From the IMG/VR virus record IMGVR_UViG_3300012931_000759, positions 62,001 through 126,000 of that record: a stretch of 64,000 nt of DNA; one strand, given 5' to 3'. This document shows positions 15,283 through 25,473 of the stretch, piece by piece. Under the pieces are notes generated by a model that was given only the letters and a program-made list of their open reading frames with translations, did no database searches and was not told where the DNA came from. The position numbers and the translations under genes were made by a program. Numbering within the stretch: position 1 is the first letter of the stretch; every line of letters starts with the position of its first letter.

Positions 15283-16071
15283 ATGGACAACGACTCGATC
15301 TCGAAGCAGTTCGCCCGCATGGGCGCCCGGGCCAAGGTCCGGGAGATCACACGCGACGGCGGGCCAGACTACGTGCTGGACGTCAGGCGCGACAAGCAGG
15401 GGGAGTTCTACGACATCGGCCTTCGGGACGGCGAGTGCGACCTACAGGTCATCAACGTCGACCTCGACGACAGGCATATGGTGGTGCTGTTCAAGGACGA
15501 CAGTGGCAACAAGGACCGGTACCTCTGCGGGCACGACGAGCGCAGCTGGTTCGTGGCGGCAGTGCCCAACGGGGCCAACACGGTCTTTGAGGCCAAGGAG
15601 GCGCTCAAGCCCGCCCAGGCCCGCGAGAGCCAGGAGAGGAAGCGTGTCCGGAAGAACAAGCGGAATAAGCGCCACAATGCCGGTTATCTACGCCAAGGAG
15701 AGTGGTTTCTGATTCCCGCACCTGATCTGGTGGTGGATGAGAAGCTGATCATCCGGAACGAACCAATCCGGCGTGGCCGGGGTAAGGCGCACATGGTGGA
15801 GGAGGTTTTCCGGCGCAACGGCAAGACGGTGTACGTCAACCGTGAGCATCCCAACGGGATTGGAGAGAAGGCATACCGTAAACTGCTTGCTGATGATCCC
15901 AGCCAGGCCTCCAAGGGCTGGCGGCAGATGGTGCGGAATGCCGAGGTCTACGGACGCGGAAAGATGAGCCATCCGGACCATGCCACTATCGAACTGCCTG
16001 GTTGGCACAGAATCGTGCCCAATACCGAGAGCAGCGCAAGCTGGTCGACCAGCATGACTTTCCTGGATTGA
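15283..16071 (+). CDS. conserved hypothetical protein (RQGEWF..HPDH..LPGWH family)
   Basis: GGAGGAG RBS, own promoter, 262 aa. Confidence 0.7.
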   Translation: MDNDSISKQFARMGARAKVREITRDGGPDYVLDVRRDKQGEFYDIGLRDGECDLQVINVDLDDRHMVVLFKDDSGNKDRYLCGHDERSWFVAAVPNGANTVFEAKEALKPAQARESQERKRVRKNKRNKRHNAGYLRQGEWFLIPAPDLVVDEKLIIRNEPIRRGRGKAHMVEEVFRRNGKTVYVNREHPNGIGEKAYRKLLADDPSQASKGWRQMVRNAEVYGRGKMSHPDHATIELPGWHRIVPNTESSASWSTSMTFLD

Positions 16072-16141
16072 CAGACGTTCCCGCCGTGTTTTTTCATCCC
16101 ATTGTTTTGCGTCCCGTATTCGGGACGCCGGGACGGGGTTT

Positions 16142-16215
16142 CGGGCAGAGGGCTTGATGGAAAGCCGCTGGTCCTGGGCATCAGAGTTGTGCGGGTTCGA
16201 CTCCCGCCTGCCCGA
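16142..16215 (+). tRNA. tRNA-Pro(TGG), non-canonical A8/C33
   Basis: CGGGCAG/CTGCCCG with A73, CTGGT-CC-TGG-GC-ATCAG, perfect T arm. Confidence 0.8.
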
Positions 16216-16291
16216 CCGATTTTCTTGGCATTTTTGTGGGCGTGTCCGACAACGTGGTACGTAAACACCTGCGAGTAAAGGAATCACAGCA

Positions 16292-16537
16292 ATGAAATCT
16301 CGCTGTTGGCAAATGTGGGAACGAGTCGCATATTCCATTCCAAACCTAAACTATGGTGAAGCTTTTTCGTGTGAGGAGGCTGAGACCATGGTGCGCACCG
16401 GAACTCACAGATGGAAATTCGGGCAAGGCGGCGTGCTGGCATGTGTCCCGGCGGATTCAAAATTATTGATGTGGGAATCGTGGCTACAAGAAACCTCGCC
16501 AGGCCGGTTTGAGGTTGTCGAAACGAGGCTGTCATGA
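16292..16537 (+). CDS. hypothetical protein
   Basis: packed ORF coupled to the next gene. Confidence 0.5.
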   Translation: MKSRCWQMWERVAYSIPNLNYGEAFSCEEAETMVRTGTHRWKFGQGGVLACVPADSKLLMWESWLQETSPGRFEVVETRLS

Positions 16538-16881
16538 CCTACGCCTGCGCGCACCGCCTGCGGCGGGGCAACGACATCATTGGGGCCTCCGGCGGCCAGG
16601 AATGGGCGCTCAAGGAGCCAGAGTCCGGTGTCCCACTTCCGCCTTTGGAGTGTTTCTTCCCGGCACGGAACGAGGGCCAACTCAACGGGACGCTCGATGT
16701 GTGGTTGTTCCGCACCAAAGAGATCCAGGAGCTGCCGCGCGAGGAGTGGATCGGGACGATCACATTCTCGTCGGACATGCCGCGCCATCGCGACTGCTGG
16801 ATCGACGGGCAGGAGCACATCATGATGCGCATCTGCCTGGATGGGCACGAACCGGGCGAAGAGGAGCTGCGCCGTGAGTAA
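16534..16881 (+). CDS. hypothetical protein
   Basis: GAGG RBS, ATGA overlap. Confidence 0.55.
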   Translation: MTYACAHRLRRGNDIIGASGGQEWALKEPESGVPLPPLECFFPARNEGQLNGTLDVWLFRTKEIQELPREEWIGTITFSSDMPRHRDCWIDGQEHIMMRICLDGHEPGEEELRRE

Positions 16882-16946
16882 ATGTCCTCTCTTGTAAAGA
16901 AATTGAATATGGTGCGAATCCGTACGGTGGCTTCATGAGGTGATCC

Positions 16947-17198
16947 ATGGTCAAGAAAAAGGAAAAGTTCTACTGCCAATGCGAGCTTGCCCGTCCCACT
17001 GAACTGGGTCGTCAGCTTATGACTTCCTGGATTCCTGAGGAGATTGCCAAGGTCGGACTTACAGTTAGACTCAAGGGCGAGGATGAGGAGTGGACGGATG
17101 GTTGGCTCGTGCTGGCTGTGTATAATAGGCTGCCATTTTCGTATCTGAAGAAGCGCGACCGGGACCACATCAACCAGAGGAAAGTAAGCGATGTCTAG
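16947..17198 (+). CDS. hypothetical protein
   Basis: GAGGTG RBS. Confidence 0.6.
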   Translation: MVKKKEKFYCQCELARPTELGRQLMTSWIPEEIAKVGLTVRLKGEDEEWTDGWLVLAVYNRLPFSYLKKRDRDHINQRKVSDV

Positions 17199-17558
17199 GA
17201 CTCTTCGCGAGGAACTGGTGGACCTCGTCAGTCTATGGAGGATGCCGAGGTAACCGGAACCTATTACTTTTGATTCGATACGCGACGACATCGAGCGGGA
17301 GCTGCGGCTGAGGGCGGATGCTCGACATGGTCGTTTCATCTCTCGACCGATTCGCTCGGCGGGGGAATCGGATGCCTCGGCACAACGGGTGATCCGGACA
17401 CGGACGAGGCGATTGTGCGCCGGGTCGCCGCATGGCTGGAAAACCAAGGGTTGATCGTGGAAGTGTCGAGGCACGACGAGCCCGCATGCGTCAACTGGTA
17501 CGGCGACGAGGAGCCGGGCTATTCGTCGACCCACATCGAAATGCGCTGGAGATGAGCG

Positions 17559-18125
17559 ATGTCAGAACTCCTGGACCGATACGACATGCTGAAGCGGGAA
17601 CTGATCCGCGTGCGCGACGAGTACCGCCTACACGGGCACGCGGCGCAGAACCACGAATGCCGCGAGGAGGATGCGGTCCTCGACGAGATGGACGCCGTGT
17701 GGCATAAAATGTCGGATGAGGAGCACAAGGAACTCGACGGTGGCTGGGATTGTTGTTGCGGCTCGTTGAACTACATGGCGCGCCAGATTGCCAAGTGGAG
17801 TGCGTCCAAAGGCTGGGAGACTAATTGGCACAATGTGCCTGAGAAGCTGATGTTAGTAGTTACCGAACTCGCTGAGGCGATGGAGTGGTACCGTAACCTT
17901 TCCCAGGAGGACATTCAGGTCTTGGATGCCAGCAAGGGGAAGGTTGATTTCCCGACTGATAGACCGACTGATTCATTCCATGGTTTTCGTGTCGAGATCG
18001 CCGACGCTGTCATTCGGCTCCTGAACATGTCGGCTTCGCTGGGAATCGACATCGAGGCGGAGATCGTCCGCAAAATGGAGATCAACGAGAAGCGTCCGTT
18101 CAAGCATGGCGGGAAGAACTGTTGA
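17559..18125 (+). CDS. MazG-like nucleotide pyrophosphohydrolase
   Basis: EKLMLVVTELAEAME, EIADAVIRLL, KMEINEKRPFKHG. Confidence 0.85.
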   Translation: MSELLDRYDMLKRELIRVRDEYRLHGHAAQNHECREEDAVLDEMDAVWHKMSDEEHKELDGGWDCCCGSLNYMARQIAKWSASKGWETNWHNVPEKLMLVVTELAEAMEWYRNLSQEDIQVLDASKGKVDFPTDRPTDSFHGFRVEIADAVIRLLNMSASLGIDIEAEIVRKMEINEKRPFKHGGKNC

Positions 18126-18532
18126 ACGACCAGAAATGGGCAAGCATAAAGGTGTTGTACGCCGACCTACAGACCTGGAAGGACGCCTGTAGGGTCAACC
18201 GATACGACGGAGCGAATCCGGTCGAGATGGCGCATGTCGTAAGAACGCTGCCGTTTGCCGTGAGGCTGCGCTGTCGCATGATCCTTGCCGACATCGACAC
18301 ACAGCTCAAGTCAGGCGGGCTTGTCATCCTGAACATCATCACGTCGTTCATGGACGACTACCTGCGCTGGTCCCTGATCATCGGCAAAGTGGGGCAGAAA
18401 GGCGAGCCCAGCTTTCGGGTGGTGAATTTCGATCGCCGGGCCCACAATTTGCCTGGTCTCGTCGAGGATGATCAGGAAAGGCGTGCGAAAGATGGAAGGG
18501 TACAGTACGCCTTGTTCCCGAGGAAGAGGTAG
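18122..18532 (+). CDS. hypothetical protein
   Basis: overlaps upstream stop. Confidence 0.5.
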   Translation: MNDQKWASIKVLYADLQTWKDACRVNRYDGANPVEMAHVVRTLPFAVRLRCRMILADIDTQLKSGGLVILNIITSFMDDYLRWSLIIGKVGQKGEPSFRVVNFDRRAHNLPGLVEDDQERRAKDGRVQYALFPRKR

Positions 18533-18538
18533 TGGACC

Positions 18539-18925
18539 ATGCTTGATGGTAAGCATACAATAGAATGTAAAATGCGGTGTTCAGAAAAAGGAATCCATTT
18601 TATCAATAAAGTTGCATTGATGTTGAAACAAATGATCCTCAAGGCTTGCTTTGTGTGTATATTCGTTGTAGGAATGTTTTTTATGTCTTTTAGATTTTCA
18701 TATGCTGAACAACCTATTGTCACAAATATTGTAGTAAATAATACATTTAATATAGGTACAGAACTGGAAATCAAATGTGACTACAACTACAGAACAAATA
18801 CATACGCATATTTTAAGAGGATTATTATACCAAAAAAAACAAATCGAACTTTAACTGTGCCGGGTGGGCGCAAGCAATGTGAAATTTGGGTGATTCGAAT
18901 ATTTCTTTTTGGAGGAAAAGTGTAA
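18539..18925 (+). CDS. AT-rich putative secreted protein
   Basis: hydrophobic segment followed by SYA-E; start uncertain. Confidence 0.45.
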   Translation: MLDGKHTIECKMRCSEKGIHFINKVALMLKQMILKACFVCIFVVGMFFMSFRFSYAEQPIVTNIVVNNTFNIGTELEIKCDYNYRTNTYAYFKRIIIPKKTNRTLTVPGGRKQCEIWVIRIFLFGGKV

Positions 18926-19081
18926 TGGTTGTAGGAGTTTTACTACATTAAGAACACAACTGGTAAGATCTATATAGGTAGTAGTCTTGATGTAGAAAAA
19001 CGTTTTGGAGAACATAAACGCCTGTTGCGTTCTGATAAACATCATTCAGTTCGACTTCAGCGCGCATGGAATAAATGCTGA
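18925..19081 (+). pseudogene. GIY-YIG endonuclease fragment
   Basis: translates as GKIYIGSSLDVEKRFGEHKRLLRSDKHHSVRLQRAWNK; frameshifted 5' end and truncated. Confidence 0.75.
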
Positions 19082-19202
19082 GCCCTCGATGGCGCGTCGC
19101 AATGCGACGAGGATAAGCCGCATGGAAAGTGCCTATTCATCAGGGGCGGTGGACTGGTTAAGAAACTATAGGGATACAATTCGAAATGAAAGGAAAAAGA
19201 TT

Positions 19203-19613
19203 ATGACACAGACCACGAACACATCTACTGCCCGCGAAGTTGCGGAGGCCATTGGCTGTTCGATCCAGACCGTGATGAACAAGGTCAAGGATCTGGGTAT
19301 CAAGTTCAAGGGGCGCTCGGCGGCGGAACACGACATTCTTCTTGGTGGGTTGGGCGCGGTGCGCCCTAGACCGCGCCGCGTGACAGCCAAGAAATATTCC
19401 GGCGCCTTGCTGCGCGACAGGATCGTTAAACATCTGAATGCTGGCAAGCGGTTGATTGATGAGACGGCAGCTGCGATCAGGAATCTCAACAGTGAGATTA
19501 AAAATCTCGAAGGCAAACGTGCTGGTTTAGTGGCATATTCTTCTCTTTTGGATGGGGAACAACGGGTTCTTGCGCCGGAGGATGAGGCTACATGCCGCGA
19601 CAGATCCGAGTGA
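19203..19613 (+). CDS. HTH DNA-binding protein with coiled coil
   Basis: TAREVAEAIGCSIQTVMNKVKDLG. Confidence 0.65.
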   Translation: MTQTTNTSTAREVAEAIGCSIQTVMNKVKDLGIKFKGRSAAEHDILLGGLGAVRPRPRRVTAKKYSGALLRDRIVKHLNAGKRLIDETAAAIRNLNSEIKNLEGKRAGLVAYSSLLDGEQRVLAPEDEATCRDRSE

Positions 19614-19860
19614 CGAAGGGTGACATTCCCCTGATCTAGGAGATTTTTGACGCCTTGGCAAAGGCCTTGGAGAACCTGCCCGAGAAACTCATGAAGAATG
19701 AGAAATTCGGCCTCCTGGCGATGACGGCTATCTTCAATATCGCCTGCCGCGTTGCCCAGAAATCCGGAGTTCCAAGGGAGGAGTTCATGGCGAGCATCGG
19801 GAAGATCTGGGACGATAAGGTCGCAGCGGCCCAGAAGGTCTGGAACTGAAAGGAGTAGCT

Positions 19861-20115
19861 ATGAAGGTGGATTTTCCGGGCAAACTACAGATGATGATCG
19901 TACACGACACGCGTCCGAATATGCGGACGGCCGTTTTTGTGAATGGCACGCTCATGTGTCCCGACCAGCCCGGAGATCCGGGCGACTACCACATGGACCG
20001 ATCAGGGATCGAGTTTCACAGCGAAAGCATAGGTCTGGGGGACTTGGTGACTGTGACTGATTTTGGCACATTCCGGTGGGTCTACCAGCATAGGCGCTGG
20101 CACGACGTGAAGTAA
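19861..20115 (+). CDS. hypothetical protein
   Basis: AAGGAG RBS. Confidence 0.55.
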   Translation: MKVDFPGKLQMMIVHDTRPNMRTAVFVNGTLMCPDQPGDPGDYHMDRSGIEFHSESIGLGDLVTVTDFGTFRWVYQHRRWHDVK

Positions 20116-20120
20116 CATGT

Positions 20121-20525
20121 ATGGCATACAAGGGAATAAAAATTATGGACAAGTCCAAACCGCAACTCGACCCATATGAGATTGCGCGGCGGCTTGGAGG
20201 TAAGCTCTGTAATCCACCGCCGCAGTTCGCGCAGTTGGCGGCACCTTACTTGGATCCAGTACCTTGCGAATATGTTAATGAGAATCCGGGGATGTGTAAG
20301 TGTACTACAAACTGTGCCTGCTGTAAATGCGGCTTGTGGTCCTTTGACGAAGTTGAGTTTAGACAATGGTGCCTCAAGCATATGATGGAACTGGAATGGC
20401 TAGATCGTAGGCATTTACAGGCTTTATATCTGCTGTGGTTGCTGACCAGGAGGGCGACCACTTTCGATTATCTGGCCATGTCTGTCGGCAAAGCTTATGT
20501 GTGGTTGAAAGGAATGTGGAAATGA
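20121..20525 (+). CDS. Cys-rich hypothetical protein
   Basis: packed + strand ORF. Confidence 0.45.
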   Translation: MAYKGIKIMDKSKPQLDPYEIARRLGGKLCNPPPQFAQLAAPYLDPVPCEYVNENPGMCKCTTNCACCKCGLWSFDEVEFRQWCLKHMMELEWLDRRHLQALYLLWLLTRRATTFDYLAMSVGKAYVWLKGMWK

Positions 20526-20844
20526 AGGGAAGAATGATCTGGAGAATCCTATTGGCGCTGTTTGCCATCCTGTCCGTCGTCTGCTGTGTCTATATGGCGA
20601 GCACAGGCTTCCAGGGGAAGCTGTCCGCTTTCATGGCCGGTTTTGGGTGTGCTTAGCTTTCGGTATTTTATGTTCTGCGATCGTGGATGTTTTGAAGGCG
20701 CTCGGGGCAATTGTAGAGGCAATGGATGCACAATAGTGGGCAAGATATCAGCAACTACATGCTAGATTCTTATTACAGATGGTGGGTTTCCCGCCTTGTG
20801 CGGCGAGTTCGAGCTTTAGGCGGGGAATTCTGTAAGGATTTCGA

Positions 20845-21135
20845 ATGCCAAGAGGGTTTTTCGACGGAGATGACAAGCAGTATCCGTTGTTCGATCTGGT
20901 GATGGATTGTATAAGACACCGGTTGACCTTGAGATGGATCGACAGGGTACCAGAAGTACTCAATATATTTATTGAGCCGATTTTGGAGAGCAGGTTTTGC
21001 GAACTGATGACGGAGAATGTCCAGTTGTTGTCGATACGCGAAGAGATCATTAGGGATCTGTTCCGCATGTGCGCCAAGAACGAATTTGTGTGGAACAAGT
21101 ATTGTAGTCGCTGGGAACTCCATTTCACTGAGTAG
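20845..21135 (+). CDS. hypothetical protein
   Basis: AAGGA RBS. Confidence 0.5.
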   Translation: MPRGFFDGDDKQYPLFDLVMDCIRHRLTLRWIDRVPEVLNIFIEPILESRFCELMTENVQLLSIREEIIRDLFRMCAKNEFVWNKYCSRWELHFTE

Positions 21136-21142
21136 GGGAAAA

Positions 21143-21442
21143 ATGGATAACAGAAGCAAGAAAATCATCGAATTGCTTAATAAACTCCAGGAGGCGATCG
21201 GTCAGGGCGACACCTGCGGATCCTACCCGGTGTCACCCGGAACGGAACCGAACGTGGAACTGACGATCGAAGCGAAAGCTACTGGACAAATTGTCAGGTT
21301 TAACCTGTGGCGGGCCGAGATTGAACAGTGGCGGGACATAGATCCTCTGACCAAGACGCCGGTGGCCGGTCCGGCGCACTTGAAAATCGTCGGCGATATT
21401 GCCAGGTCGGAGCAGCTGTCCCCGCCCCAAGAAGAAAAGTAG
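21143..21442 (+). CDS. hypothetical protein
   Basis: AGGGG RBS. Confidence 0.55.
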   Translation: MDNRSKKIIELLNKLQEAIGQGDTCGSYPVSPGTEPNVELTIEAKATGQIVRFNLWRAEIEQWRDIDPLTKTPVAGPAHLKIVGDIARSEQLSPPQEEK

Positions 21443-21450
21443 TAGTGAAC

Positions 21451-22509
21451 ATGGCCAAGAAGAAGATTGAGCTCGTTCCGCGCGCCCCATCCGATTTCCT
21501 CCGAGAGCTGGCGCTCGCCCCCGGCCCCTCCGGGTTCGAGGACTCGGCGGCCGCCTGTTGGCGGCGGGAGCTGGAGGCGGCCGGTATCCAGCCGGTGGTC
21601 GACACCTACGGCAACTCCATCGCCACGATTAACCCCGCCGCCGCGACCAGCATCATGCTCCTGGCCCACATCGACACGGTCGGCCTGATGGCCAAGCGCA
21701 TCGACGAGAGCGCACTCATCTGCCTCTCGGAGATAGGCGGCCTGGATCCCCTGGCCATGGTTGGCCAGCATGTCACCGTGCTGTCGGATCCGCCCATCCA
21801 TGGAGTCATCGGCCGAAGGCCGGTTCACCTGGAGGACGACGACGACAAGGCCCCGCGACTCCACGAGTTGCGCGTCGACGTGGGCGCATCCGATCCGGAG
21901 GCGCTGGAGCGCATCGTCCCGATCGGGACGCCCATCGTCTGCCAGCCAAGGCTGGAAACCCTCATGGACAACAGGGTCTGCGGAACGGGCCTGGATGACC
22001 GCATCGGCGCGTGGTGCGTGGCCGAGGCCATGAAGCGCCTGGCAAAGTCCGACAGGCTGAGAGTCAGGGTCCACGCCGTGGCCAGCGTCCAGGAGGAGAC
22101 CGGGCTCCATGGGGCGCACATGGCGGCGGAGCAGCTACGCCCCAATTTGGCGATCGGGGTCGATGTGACCTTTTCGATCGACACGCCGGATCTCGACAAG
22201 GACCGGTACGGTGGTATGGCGCTTGGGAAAGGCCCGGTCGTGGCCATCGGCGGTGCCTCGCATCCGACGGTCGTGCGCGGGCTGATCCATGCGGCCGCCG
22301 ACGCTAAGATTCAGATCCAGCGCGAGGCCGTGCCGAATTCGGATGGATGTATCGAGATCGACGCCATTTTCCGCACCTGCGGCGGCGTTTTGGCCGGATC
22401 CCTTGGGATCCCGGTCCGCTACATGCACACTCCCGTGGAGGTGATTCAGCTGGACGACGCTGAGGCGGCTGTCGACCTAATGGTTGCTTGGTGCGAAGGG
22501 GTGGTCTGA
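21451..22509 (+). CDS. M42 family aminopeptidase
   Basis: GPSGFE, AHIDTVG, GLDDRIG, SVQEETG..GA, GVDVT, IPVRYMHTPVE. Confidence 0.92.
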   Translation: MAKKKIELVPRAPSDFLRELALAPGPSGFEDSAAACWRRELEAAGIQPVVDTYGNSIATINPAAATSIMLLAHIDTVGLMAKRIDESALICLSEIGGLDPLAMVGQHVTVLSDPPIHGVIGRRPVHLEDDDDKAPRLHELRVDVGASDPEALERIVPIGTPIVCQPRLETLMDNRVCGTGLDDRIGAWCVAEAMKRLAKSDRLRVRVHAVASVQEETGLHGAHMAAEQLRPNLAIGVDVTFSIDTPDLDKDRYGGMALGKGPVVAIGGASHPTVVRGLIHAAADAKIQIQREAVPNSDGCIEIDAIFRTCGGVLAGSLGIPVRYMHTPVEVIQLDDAEAAVDLMVAWCEGVV

Positions 22510-22603
22510 CGATTTTCCGTTGACAAACCTGTTGCTGGTGGTTGCCACTATAGGTTCAAGAGCAATTCCAATATGTTAGAATAGATGTCTTGGCGGTGTG
22601 GTT

Positions 22604-23275
22604 ATGCCCAGACCAAAACTCAACATCTCCAAAAAGTTCTTGTTCGACGCATATGTTGTACGGAGGAAATCTGGAGTGGAGATTGCCGAGGAACTTGGAT
22701 GTGATCACAAGGTTGTGTATAGGTATTTGCGGAAATACGGTTTTTCTACTCGGAGTTTGAGTGAAGCTCATACGGTTTATTCTCCGGCGAAAGCATTTCT
22801 CATCCAGGAGTATGTAACGAGCGGCAAGACCATCTATCAGATGGCGGACGAAATGGGATGTTCAGCCAGTTCAATGTATCGACTTCTGATGGATGTGGAC
22901 ATAGAAATCAGGGTTACGGATCGAAGCGGCGGCAATAATCCAATGTACGGTAAAAAAGGACAGTTGGCTCCAGCATATAAGAACCCCAAAGACCGCATCG
23001 GAACATTACATAGGCTCGTGAGGGACTGTCTTGAATACAAGAATTGGAGAAAGGCCGTTTTCGAAAGGGATAGATACATTTGTACCAATTGTGGTTTTGA
23101 CAGAGGTGGCATCCTACAGGCGCACCATCTCATGCCCTTCGCTAAAATAATCAAAAACAATAATATTAAGTCCTTGGAAGAGGCGTTACAGTGCGTAGAA
23201 TTGTGGAATGTCGCCAATGGCGTGACACTATGCGAACCGTGTCACAAGCAGAAAAGTGAACGGAAGAAACAATGA
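22604..23275 (+). CDS. HNH endonuclease with N-terminal HTH repeats
   Basis: WRKAVFERDRYICTNCG..LQAHH..NGVTLCEPCH; NNPMYGK. Confidence 0.9.
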   Translation: MPRPKLNISKKFLFDAYVVRRKSGVEIAEELGCDHKVVYRYLRKYGFSTRSLSEAHTVYSPAKAFLIQEYVTSGKTIYQMADEMGCSASSMYRLLMDVDIEIRVTDRSGGNNPMYGKKGQLAPAYKNPKDRIGTLHRLVRDCLEYKNWRKAVFERDRYICTNCGFDRGGILQAHHLMPFAKIIKNNNIKSLEEALQCVELWNVANGVTLCEPCHKQKSERKKQ

Positions 23276-23880
23276 GGATAGTGGTTTTCTCCGATACCGA
23301 AGGCAAACACGATCAGGTTGTAGTTCCGGATGGGGATGTGCTGATATTTGCCGGTGATATGAGTCGCACCGGTAGTGCGGTTGCCATAGAAGTATTTGAT
23401 CGTTGGTTGGGAACTTTACCACATGCGACAAAGTTGGCTATAGTCGACAATCACGACACGCTGCCTGAGCGCAATCCTGGCGTGGGTCGCCTACTGCTGA
23501 AGAATTGTCACTACCTACAGGATGAAGCCATCGAGGTGGGCGTATTGAAGTTCTGGGGAAGTCCATATTCCCCCCCGTTTTTTCAACTGGGCTTTCAACC
23601 TGCCTAGGGGCGCGAAACTGACTGAGAAATGGGCAAAGATCCCCGAGGATACCGAGATCCTGATTACACACGGGCCGCCGTTCGGGATCGGGGACGATGT
23701 AGGCGGCGGCGGTCATGTCGGCTGCGACGACCTACTCAAGCAGGTGCTCCAACTTCCCAAGTTGAAGCTCTACATTTTCGGGCACATACACGAATCGCCC
23801 GGCGTGTTCCGAGAGGGTGGTGTCGTGTTCGCGAATGTCTCCTGGCGGCCGGGACGCCAGGTGCTGGAGCTGGAGATCTG
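23272..23880 (+). pseudogene. metallophosphoesterase, frameshifted at a homopolymer
   Basis: SDTEG, AGD, NHD; after C7-G-T6 (~23570-23583) continues in another frame as NWAFNLPRG..LITHGPP..VGC..HIFGHIHE. Confidence 0.8.
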
Positions 23881-23896
23881 AAAGGCGGAGGGTAAG

Positions 23897-24658
23897 ATGA
23901 GAATCGCCTTGTGTTTTTTGACATTAGCTGTGTTTTCCTCGTCGCACGCTTGGGCTGGCGACATCCTGACTGGCAGGGATCTCAAATTAGACGAGCTTGG
24001 GAAATGCCGGAGGGACTTTTCTGTGCGGCTGTGCCGCGAGCGTCCAGACTTGTACAAGTGCGTCATGTTCCACAAGGGGAATAAGCCCTACCTGACATGG
24101 GAGGAGCTTTTCGGCAACGGCTCGGCAAAGACCGAGCTACAGAGACTCAACCGGCGCAATACCATCGTCTGGCGGAACCACTGTCTTGCGATGCCATTCA
24201 GATTCGATAGGGCGGTTCCACCTTTCCTGTTCACCGATTCCCGCTACCAGGAACGCACGGTCGTCGTCGACCTGAAGGGGCTCGCCTGGGCAGCCTACGA
24301 GCGTGGCTCGCTTGTGAGATGGGGGGCAGCCAACGGCGGTTCCAAGATCTGCCACGAGACCGGAAGGCCGGAGTGTAAGACGCCAGTTGGAACTTGGCGG
24401 GTGTACGAAATCAAAAAAGGCTTTGCCCGCTCCTCATTGTATCCTGTCGACTGTTCTGATAAAAAGAAATGTGGGCATCCGTACTACAATGTGATGAAGT
24501 TCGGGCCGCACTTCGAGGCTCTCCACGGCGAACGGGTCGGGCATGTGCCTGGAGCGAATGTCTCGCACGGCTGTGTGAGGATGTTCCGAGAGGACTCGGA
24601 CTTCCTGGTAAACCGTTTCGTGGGAATCGGGACGACGGTGGTTGTGCTGGAATACTAG
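23897..24658 (+). CDS. L,D-transpeptidase (YkuD family), secreted
   Basis: signal peptide; TPVGTW, ALHG..SHGCVRM, VGIGTTVVV. Confidence 0.9.
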   Translation: MRIALCFLTLAVFSSSHAWAGDILTGRDLKLDELGKCRRDFSVRLCRERPDLYKCVMFHKGNKPYLTWEELFGNGSAKTELQRLNRRNTIVWRNHCLAMPFRFDRAVPPFLFTDSRYQERTVVVDLKGLAWAAYERGSLVRWGAANGGSKICHETGRPECKTPVGTWRVYEIKKGFARSSLYPVDCSDKKKCGHPYYNVMKFGPHFEALHGERVGHVPGANVSHGCVRMFREDSDFLVNRFVGIGTTVVVLEY

Positions 24659-24845
24659 GCGATGTTCCTCCAGGCTGAGAACGATTGGCGCGCGGCCTGG
24701 AATTCCGTGCGCCGCACTGCTACAGAGCCCCTGATCGGGCCTTTGAGTCCGTTCGTGCCGGGCGGCGATGTGGAGCAGGTAATGATGGAGTTTGTTCGTC
24801 TCTGGAAGAGATTTCAGTTCTGATGGGCAGATAACGATTTCGATA

Positions 24846-25424
24846 TCAATGTCTTGAAGGGTTCCACAACTGGTTCAATCTGTTGACCATCTTGGACAGG
24901 CGTAGTGCCGTCCCCTCAAGTTCAGTGATTGACTTGCTGCCTTTGGCTTTGTTGCATTCCCAGCAGCAAGGGACGCAGTTGCCCATCGTGTAGCCAAACT
25001 CGTTATTCACCCGGTCAATGCCTCCTAACGCCGGATCGTCGCAGTAGAAACACGGTTTGTCCCAGAACAGTTCCCTGAACTGTTCCAAGGACAGTTCGAA
25101 CGCCTGGTGCTTCTTCTTCGCCGATGTCCTGACCTGGTGATACTTGTATCTGTCCGGGTTTTCCAGTTGCCATTGCCTGAGTCGTGCGTCTCTCTTCTCC
25201 TTCATCGAGGCATTGGATGCGAATCTCTCTCTGGTTCGTTGACTGATCTTTTCCTTGTGCGAGGCTCTGTATGCCGCCCCTTGTAGCCCGGCGCATTCCT
25301 TACATAGGTTGACTCTTCCATCTCTGCTTTTCTTGTTCTTGTGGAACTGTGTGAGGGGCAGGTCGTGTCTACACACGCGGCAAATTTTCGTTGGTTCCAT
25401 ATTCTCCTCCTTGCGAACAGGCAT
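24846..25424 (-). CDS. HNH endonuclease
   Basis: KICRVC..CKEC; PCFYC..GIDRVNN..GYT.GNCVPCCWECNKAK. Confidence 0.85.
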   Translation of the reverse strand: MPVRKEENMEPTKICRVCRHDLPLTQFHKNKKSRDGRVNLCKECAGLQGAAYRASHKEKISQRTRERFASNASMKEKRDARLRQWQLENPDRYKYHQVRTSAKKKHQAFELSLEQFRELFWDKPCFYCDDPALGGIDRVNNEFGYTMGNCVPCCWECNKAKGSKSITELEGTALRLSKMVNRLNQLWNPSRH

Positions 25425-25473
25425 TTCTTCACCATCCCTATGCCTGTTTATTGATAGAAGTCGGAGGTTTCGC

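Noticed and set aside
22520-22556. TTGACA sigma70 promoter before the HNH (similar case at 39171)
   Set aside because: No acceptable -10 hexamer at 16-18 nt spacing
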